64,000 bases of DNA from assembly GCA_964016885.1 (NCBI GenBank), contig OZ024740.1:37200001-37264000 (forward strand). The letters run 5' to 3'. Within the stretch, counting starts at the first letter, position 1. The number at the start of each line of letters is the position of its first letter. Origin of the DNA: Eledone cirrhosa (lineage: Eukaryota). The position numbers and the translations under genes were made by a program. A model generated the notes under the pieces. The model made no database searches. It was not told the origin of the DNA and worked only from the letters and a program-made list of their open reading frames with translations. Shown here one piece after another: positions 52,815-64,000 of the stretch.

Positions 52815-54912
52815 AAGTAAGGCTGGGCCTTCAGAAATAGTTGCTGAGATGCTGAAGGCATCTGGAACGGTGGGACACACCATGGTCACCCGGATAGTTA
52901 ACCAAGTCGTACAGAATGGGGTTGTTCCGAAGGACCGGTGTAGCAGCATCATTGTTAACTGTTATAAGGGTAAAGGAGATGCCCTAGATAGGAGTAACTA
53001 TAGAGGCATTAAATTAATCGACCAGGTCATGAAGGTCACGGAAAAAGTAATAGCGCAACTAATCAGAGAATTGATCTAGATGAAATGCAGTTCGGGTTTG
53101 TGTCAGGCAAAAGTACCACAGACGCTCTTTTCATTGTACGACAACTACAGGAGAAGTACCTAGCTAAAAGTAAACCCCTATACTTAGATTTTGTCGACTT
53201 GGAGAAAGCCTTCGACAGAGTCCCCCGTTCCATTATCTGCAGGGCCCTTAGAAAACTAGGTGTTGATGAACGGCTTGTGAGAGCTATACAAGCCATGTAT
53301 AAAGAAACAGTCAGCAAGGTTAGAATTAACAACGAATATAGTGAAGAGTTTAGCGTAAAAGTTGGTGTTCATCAGGGCTCTGTTCTTAGCCCCCTACTAT
53401 TTATTATTGCCCTTCAGGCTATAACAGTGGAGTTCAAGACCGGCTGCCCATGGGAACTCCTGTACGCAGATGATCTAACGCTCATAGCTGAATCAATGGC
53501 CGAGCTAGAGAAGAAATTCCAAACATGAAAGCACGGCCTAGAATCAAAAGGCCTTAAAATTAACCTGGCTAAGACTAAAGTTCTAGTTTGTAGGAAAGAA
53601 AATAAGGCGGCGGGTGACAAAATCAGCAGTGGGGGAGGGTGCTCTGAAAGTACAGTAGCTAGAGTCAGAACTGGATGGAAAAAGTTCAGAGAGCTTGTAA
53701 GAAAGAAAATAAGGCGGCGGTCCCTTCCGGGAAGTGGCCATGCTCAGTGTGTAGGAAAGGCGTAGGTAGAAACTCCATTTTATGTCCCAAATGCAAAGTA
53801 TGGGTGCATAATAGATGTAGTGGGATCACAGGTAAGCTAACTAAGAACATAGATTTTACATGTGGCCGGTGCTCTGGTGCAATAAGTAACAGCAAGTGCC
53901 CACAAACTACTAGCTCTTTCAACTGCGCAGAGGGTTCTATAGAAATAGTGGACAGCTTCCGTTACCTGGGTGACAAAATCAGCAGTGGGGGAGGGTGCTC
54001 TGAAAGTACAGTAGCTAGAGTCAGAACTGGATGGAAAAAGTTCAGAGAGCTTATACCACTATTAGCCGCTAAAGGGTTCTCCCTAAAAATGAAAGGCAGG
54101 TTGTATGATGCCTGCATACGAACAGCAATGTTGCATGGCAGTGAGACCTGGGCATTGTGTGCAGAGGATATACGCAGACTAGAGAGGAACGAAGCTTGCA
54201 TGCTCCGCTGGATGTGTAATAGTAATATACGTGAACGGCAAAGCATAAACGAACTAAGGAAAAAATTAGAAATAAGAGGAATCAGATGTCTACTCGAGAG
54301 AAGGCTACGTTGGTATGGTCACGTAATGCGCATGAAGGACGATAGCTGTATAACAAAGTGCAGGGCAATAAAGATAGACGGTAGCCACGGAGTAAGCAGA
54401 CCCAGAAAAACCTGGGACGACCTGATAAATTCCGACCTCACAGACTTACACCTCTCCAAGACAATGTCACTGGACCGAGTCCTTTGGCGGTACTCAGTAA
54501 TAGAGAAGACCCGCCTTACCTAAATACAAAGTAAAACCTACTACAGTCAGTAGGCATCTCTAACAAAATACACCCCCGTCCCACCACCCCCACCCCATCC
54601 ACACCGCCCCTTTCAATGTAAAGTTATGTTGGTGCCACAACATCCAGGCCGAAACAAATGAGATCGTGTAGGTGTCACGACAAAAAAAACACACAGTCCA
54701 CGCTGTAATGTGGCCGTGTAGGCAGCACGGTAAAAACCTCCCAGCCCCACACTGTAAATGTGGTTGGTGTTAGGAAGGGCATCCAGCTGTAGAAAACCCG
54801 CCAGACAGTCCTATACGAGCAGGACAACAAATCTTGCCTCAAGTGGGAAAACTCCCGTCCAAACCCATGCAAGCGTGGAACACGGACGTTAAACGTTGAT
54901 GATGATGATGAT
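52815..54912 (+). mobile_element. 5'-truncated RTE LINE (defective)
   Basis: [32 protein letters not shown]-like insert, GRP-like end and (GAT)n tail; frameshifts and a stop. Confidence 0.93.
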
Positions 54913-54914
54913 AT

Positions 54915-55326
54915 GTGGCTTAGTGGTTAGAGCATTGAGCTTGCAATCGAAAGGTTGTGAGTTCAATTCTCGGACCGGGTGATGTGTTGTTTCCTTGAGC
55001 AAGACACTTTATTTCACATTGCTCCAGTTTACTCAGCTGTAGAAATGAGATGATAGGGACTGGGGTCCCTATCATTCCACTGCAAAGTGGTCGTGGAGGT
55101 GCCACAGCAAAAAAGCACCCAGCACTCACTGTAAAGTGGACGTGTAGGCGCCACGGCAAAAAAGCACCCAGCACTCACTCTAAATGAGGTTGGTGTTAGG
55201 AATGGCGTCCAGCTGTAGAAATCAAGCCCGTATCAGTTCCCGTATGAGCAAGACAAGGTCAGCCGACTGGACACTGCCCACAACATGCTAGCGTGGAAGA
55301 ACGAACGTAAAACGGTGATGATGATG

Positions 55327-55328
<2 letters not shown>
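54915..55328 (+). mobile_element. Full-length SINE S2 (tRNA head, central domain, RTE 3' tail)
   Basis: A box TGGCTTAGTGG, B box GAGTTCAATTC, CCTTGAGCAAGACACTT; the 3' ~250 nt match the RTE 3' UTR at 56063-56335. Confidence 0.92.
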
Positions 55329-55362
<34 letters not shown>

Positions 55363-56062
55363 TCGTGTGTGTGTGTGCTGATACCATTGTCATCATCGAT
55401 TAATGTCTATCTTCCATGCTAGCATGGGTTAGACGGGTTTGTCCCAATTAAAGGCAAGTTGGGTCGAGTTTCTGGCTGGTTTTCTATGGCGAGATGCCCT
55501 TCCTAACACCAACCACATTTCGTTTCTGCCGCTGCTCTCTCCTGTATTTTTTTTTTTCTTCTTTAATTTCTCATTCTATTTTCTGATGAAGGACTGAAAT
55601 GTTAAGACTTTTTTTTATCAAGCGTTAAGCTAATATATTTCCTTATTGTACTGTGTCATTTGCTTTGTTATTTCTGTTTACGTTTTGCATACATATACAT
55701 GTATATACACACAGGATCATCAAAAGAGATGATCCTGTGAGTGTGCAAGTAAAATTCCAGAGTAACAAGGTTCACCACATAGCCATAATAAATTAATATA
55801 TGTATGAGTGTGTATGAATATCTATATAACTATATATATATATATGTGTGTATGAATCTATCTATATATATATTTATGTATATGTGTGTGTAGATATATA
55901 TGTTTACATGTGTGTGTAGATATATATGTTTACATGTGTGTGTGTGAGCCTTGATACCACCCCTCTCCCATTTTTTTCTCTTCCATCTAAGTGTTAACCT
56001 TATAACATTTTACGTAATTTGTGTGTTTTAATTGCTTTTACTGGTTTTGATTGTTCACCTTA

Positions 56063-58568
56063 CATCATCATCATCATCATCATCACCGTTTTACGTCCGT
56101 TCTTCCACGCTAGCATGGGTTAGACGGGTTGTCCTGTTGTGGGCAGTGTCTGGTCGGCTGACCATGCCTTGCTCATACAGGAACTGATCTGGCTTGATTT
56201 CTACAGCTGGATGCCCTTCCTAACACCAACCTCATTTACAGTGAGTGCTGGGTGCTTTTTCGTGGCGCCTACACGTCCACTTTACAGTGTGGGCTGGGTG
56301 CTTTTTTGCCGTGGCGCCTCCACGGCCACCTTGCGGTGGGGGGGGGGGGGGGGGCATATTGTTTATATGCTTCAGCATGTACCCATGGGAGGTCGGGTAC
56401 CCTGTATTACTGCGTGACGCCAGAAGTCACGGTCGTGTGTCATTGACTTTGAGAGGTGTAGTTGGGTAAGGTCGGCTTTTATCACCTCATCCCAAGTCAT
56501 CTTGGGTCTCCCCACTCCGCGGTTTCCATCAACTTCTAGTGCTCTGCACCTTTTTATGCAGCTGTCATCCTTCATACGCATCACATGTCCATACCAGCGT
56601 AACCGCCTCTCCTGCACGCAGCATTTGATTCCTCTTATGCTCAGTCTCTCTCTCAATTCCTTTATGCTTTGTCGTTCACGTATATTACTGTTACACATCC
56701 ATCGGAGCATGCAGGCTTCGTTTCTCTCTAATCTACGTAAGTCTTCCACCTTCAGCGCCCAGGTCTCACTACCATGCAACATCGCTGTTCGGATACACGC
56801 ATCATACAGTCTGCCTTTCATTCTGAGGGAGAAGCCTTTTGCAGCTAGCAGTGGTAGTAGTTCCCTAAACTTCTTCCACCCCGTTCTTACCCTAGTTATT
56901 GTACTTTCTGAGCACCCACCTCCGTTGCTAATTCGGTCACCTAGGTAGCAGAAGCTGTCTACTGTTTCTACAGGGCCCTCCCAGAGATTGGTGGTACTTG
57001 TTTCCTGTGGCTGTTTGCTTGCTGTTTCAGCACAGCTGCTGCATGTGAATCCTACATTCTTAATTAAGCTTCCTGAGATCCCGTTACATCTCTTGTGTAC
57101 CCATTGTTTGCATTTGGGGCAGAGAATGGAGTTCCTACCTACACCTTTCCTACATACTGAGCAAGGCCATTTCCCTGAGGGGATCTGGGTTCTGTTTTCT
57201 CGTCTACTTACAAGGACCTTAGTCTTTGTCATGTTGACTTTGAGGCCCTTTCTCTCTAGTCCCTGCTTCCAGGTTTGGAATTTATTCTCTAGTTCTACCA
57301 TAGATTCAGCTATGAGTGCGAGGTCATCAGCATACAGGAGTTCCCATGGGCATCCGGTCTTAAACTCCTCCGTTATTGCCTGCAGGACTATGATGAACAG
57401 GAGAGGGCTAAGAACAGAGCCCTGGTGGACCCCAACCTGTACGCTAAATTCCTCGCTATACTCATTGCCAATCCTAACTTTGCTGACTGCTCCCCTATAC
57501 ATGGCTTGTACCGCTTTCACAAGCCATTCATCTACTCCTAGTTTTCTAAGAGCCCACCAGATTACTGCACGTGGAACTCTGTCAAAGGCTTTCTCAAGGT
57601 CGACAAATGCCAAGTAGAGTGGCTTACTTTTAGCTAGGTACTTTTCCTGTAATTGCCTCACAAGGAAGAGGGCATCAGTGGTGCCTTTCCCTGGTACAAA
57701 CCCAAATTGCATCTCGTCTATATTCACCCGGTCCCTAATCAGCTGTGCTATAACTCTTTCTGTTACTTTCATGACCTGGTCCATCAACTTTATACCTCTA
57801 TAGTTTCCTCTATCTAGTGCATCGCCTTTACCTTTGTAGCAGTTGACAATGATGCTACTGCACCAATCTTTTGGTATGGCCCCCTCTAGTATTACCTGGT
57901 TAACGATACGTGTGGTTATAGTGTGACCTACAGACCCAGATGCCTTCAGCATCTCGGCAGCTATACCCGATGGACCGGTTGCCTTCCCTATCTTCATATC
58001 TCTGATTGCCTTACTTACTACGCTGCCGCTGACTTGTACTGCTGGTCCCTCTATAGGGTCTACGTGGGGTAGGGTCTCTTCTTCCCATGCATTCTCCTCA
58101 TTTAGTAATCTATCATAATGACTCTTCCATGCATCTTTCTTCTCAGCACTTGTGAGTGCAAGCTCACCTTTATCATTCCGGATACACTTCTCTCCAATGA
58201 CATCACAACTATCTCTGACACACTGCCTCGCAATCTTGAATACCTCCTGTTTCTGGTCCTCACGTTGTAAAACATGCTTGAATTTTCTATCCTCTGCTTC
58301 CCTCCTAGCTAAGTATACTTGTCGCCTAGCTTCCCTCTTGGTCTCTATGTAATGTACCCTGCTCCCCCTGTTCTTCCATTCTTTCCATGCCTGTCTCTTG
58401 GCCTTGACTGCTTCATCTACCTTATTGTTCCACCACCAAGTCACTCTCCTCCTGCTTGAGGTCTTACTCCAGCCACAAACCTCATCCGACGCCTCTAGTA
58501 AGTTATTTTTTAGGAACTCCCAGTTCTCTTCTACGTTAAATGTCTCTATCTGTTCTTCTTTACTGTCG

Positions 58569-58569
<1 letters not shown>
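56063..58569 (-). mobile_element. 5'-truncated RTE LINE with intact RT-containing frame
   Basis: Uninterrupted frame 58569-56372; 3' UTR with (GAT)n tail. Confidence 0.95.
56372..58569 (-). CDS. RTE ORF C-terminal ~730 codons (linker, RT, PHD-like finger, C-terminal domain)
   Basis: [53 protein letters not shown]. Lacks its own start codon. Confidence 0.85.
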
Positions 58570-61092
<2,523 letters not shown>

Positions 61093-61179
61093 AGGAGGTG
61101 AGTTTTATTGTAGTACAATAAAGCAATGCAGATATCAGATAAGAAGCACTCTACAGTTTGTAGGACTGGAGTATACATA

Positions 61180-61510
61180 ATATATAAGAACAAAAGATGC
61201 TTAAAGGAGTTCCATGTATTTTATTATGCGCATTTCAAAAACAAATATCATCATGCAATAATATTTGTGTTTTCATCAGATAAAACAGGACATGATATGA
61301 AGCCTAAAAAACACTTGTGGATAGTGCAGTTTTAAATCAACATATCCATATGTTGATTTAAAACTGAACTATCCACAAGTGTTTTTTAGCCTTCATATCA
61401 TGTCCTCCTGTTTTATCTGATGAAAACACAAATATTATTGCATGATATTTGTTTTTGAAATGCGCATAATAAAATACATGGAACTCCTTTAACCATCTTT
61501 TGTTCTTATA
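61180..61510. repeat. ~330-bp fold-back palindrome centred near 61346
   Basis: Arms are near-perfect reverse complements, with small indels. Confidence 0.92.
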
Positions 61511-61540
61511 TATATGTATATATATATATGTATGTATATG

Positions 61541-61572
<32 letters not shown>

Positions 61573-64000
61573 CGAGAATGCGAGCACTCATTGTTTCGAC
61601 CGCGGACGGCTAACATAACCCCATCGCCCCCCGCCCCCCACCGCCTCCAACTCCCAAACGCAATCCAAAACTTCAGAGTTGGTACCATAAATGTAGGCAC
61701 CCTAAAGGGTCGCGCTAACGAGGTTGTAGAAATGCTTGAACGTAAGGAGGTCGATGTTTGTTGTATTCAAGAGACCAGGTGGAGGGGTGGGTCTGCTAGG
61801 TTCATTGAGGGCAAAAAACGATGTTATAAGCTTTTCTGGGTGGGAAACGACGATGGGCTGGGTGGAGTAGGAATCATGGTAGCAGAAAAGTGGGCAGATA
61901 AGATAATAGACGTAAATAGAGTGAACGACAGAATAATTAAAATACGACTTGTCCTCAATAGAACTACGGTGACAGTAATATCTGCGTACGCACCCCAATC
62001 CGGACTGCCCGGCACTATAAAAGACAGATTCTATGAGACACTGATGCTAACTACCTCCCAAATATCCGACAGTGACTATATAATTATCGCAGGCGACCTA
62101 AATGGTCACGTTGGACAACATTGTGACGGCTACGACGAAATCCATGGAGGCTATGGGTTTGGTACTAGAAATGAGGAAGGCTCCAGAATCCTGGAATTCT
62201 GTGATGCAAATAACCTAACTATCTGTAACACTAACTTCAAAAAACGTGACAATCACCTGATCACCTATAGATCCGGGGAACACACAAGCCAGGTAGATTA
62301 TATCCTTACCAGAAGACGTGACAGAGTGTCTGTTGTAAACACTAAATCCCTCCCCCATGAAGAATGCACCTCCCAACATAGACTGATAATTAGCGACCTC
62401 ATAGTCAGGACGAGACGTACTCGACAGCAGAAGAGGACTATCCTCAGGAGAAAAATATGGAAGCTAAAGGACCCCACAGCCAGGAATAAATTTCAAAGCA
62501 TATTACTTGATGCTTTCGACAGTAAGGAAGAACATTTAGAGTCGGACAATATAGAGGGAGAGTGGGAATTTCTGAAAGCAAACCTGCTGTTGGCGACAGA
62601 CGAAGTCTGTGGCTGGAGCAGGCCTGTAGGCAGGAGGAGAGTAACATGGTGGTGGAACAGTAAGGTGGAGGGGTCAATTAAGGCCAAAAAGCAGGCTTGG
62701 AAAGTATGGCGGGATGGGGGAAGTAGAGAAGACTATCAAGTGGCCAGGAGGGAAGCTAGGAGACAAGTGTACTTAGCAAGAAGGGAAGCTGAGGAAAGAA
62801 AGTTCAAGCATGTTCTACAACGCGATGACCAAAAACGTGAGGTGTTCAGGATTGCTAGGCAATGCGTCAAGGAAAACCGTGATATTGTCGGGGAGAAGTG
62901 TGTACTAAACGACGATGGCACACTTGCCATCACCGACGCTGATAAGAAGGTAGCTTGGAAGTGTCACTATGAAAGGCTACTAAATGAGGAGAATAAATGG
63001 GAGAAAGACAGTCTCCCCCATATCGACCCAATAGAGGGACCAGCAGTGTTAGTCGAGGGGAGTATAATAAGTAAGGCAATCAAGGATATGAAGACGGGTA
63101 AGGCGGCTGGGCCTTCGGAAATAGTTGCTGAGATGCTGAAGGCATCTGGCACGGTGGGACACACCATGGTCACCCGCATAGTTAACCAAGTCGTACAGAA
63201 TGGGGTTGTTCCGAAGGACTGGCATAGCAGCATCATCGTTAACTGTTATAAGGGTAAAGGAGACGCCCTAGATAGGAGTAACTATAGAGGCATTAAATTA
63301 ATCGACCAGGTCATGAAGGTCACGGAAAAAGTAATAGCGCAACTAATCAGAGAGAGAATTGACCTAGATGAAATGCAGTTCGGGTTTGTGTCAGGCAAAA
63401 GTACCACAGACGCTCTTTTCATAGTACGACAACTACAGGAGAAGTACCTAGCTAAAGGTAAACCCCTCTACTTAGCTTTTGTCGACTTGGAGAAAGCCTT
63501 CGACAGAGTCCCCCGCTCCATTATCTGGTGGGCTCTTAGAAAACTAGGCGTTGACGAATGGCTTGTGAGGGCTATACAAGCCATGTATAAAGAAACAGTC
63601 AGCAAGGTTAGAATTAACAATGAATATAGTGAAGAGTTTAGCGTAAAAGTTGGCGTCCATCAGGGCTCTGTTCTCAGCCCACTACTATTTATTATTGCCC
63701 TTCAGGCTATAACAGAGGAGTTCAAGACAGGCTGCCCATGGGAACTCCTATACGCAGACGACCTGACACTCATAGCGGAATCAATGGCCGAGCTAGAGAA
63801 GAAATTCCAAACATGGAAGCACGGCCTAGAGTCAAAAGGACTTAAAATTAACCTGGCTAAGACCAAAGTACTAGTTTGTAGGAAAGAAAACAAGGCGGCG
63901 GTCCCTTCTGGGAAATGGTCGTGCTCGGTGTGTAGGAAAGGCGTAGGTAGAAACTCCATTTTATGTCCTAAATGCAAAGTATGGGTGCATAAAAGATGTA
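61573..64000 (+). CDS. RTE LINE ORF (APE and RT), open to the window end
   Basis: Frame +1 reads FRVGTINVGTL, IQETRW, SAYAPQ, GDLNGHVG, QVDYIL, QHRL, WWWN, QFGF, YADD and the start of the PHD-like finger. No stop seen; the native start codon is unclear. Confidence 0.92.

Noticed and set aside
61415-61432. Hammerhead at CTGATGAAAAC in the 61.2-61.5 kb palindrome
   Set aside because: No stem II or properly placed GAAA and stem III.

Overview
AT-rich eukaryotic (metazoan) DNA made almost entirely of transposable elements and microsatellites; I found no convincing host gene. From memory the SINE and MITE families resemble octopod cephalopod repeats, but this is unverified. Bases 1-17.7 kb are a strictly polarised array of non-LTR retrotransposons spaced by (AAT)n tracts: Tx1/L1-type elements (APE, RT, CCHC ORF1) lie on the minus strand and R4/Dong-type elements (RT plus RLE) on the plus strand. 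Bases 18-52 kb are a mosaic of Penelope-like fragments, tRNA-derived SINEs with TSDs, MITEs and old LINE remnants; the Penelope-like pieces carry many hammerhead-ribozyme motifs and fold-back inverted repeats. Bases 52-64 kb hold three RTE LINEs (one with an uninterrupted ORF running off the window), their partner SINE and a 2.5-kb (TA)-type array. Main observations: (1) a CUUGU-loop hairpin with covarying stems is shared by the Tx1 3' ends, the SINE 3' end and, unexpectedly, the Tx1 5' UTRs; (2) two LINE clades share one (AAT)n niche on opposite strands; (3) several hammerhead families show compensatory changes, expanded stem II domains and fold-backs centred on the ribozyme. All alignments were done by eye, so coordinates of degenerate elements are approximate.
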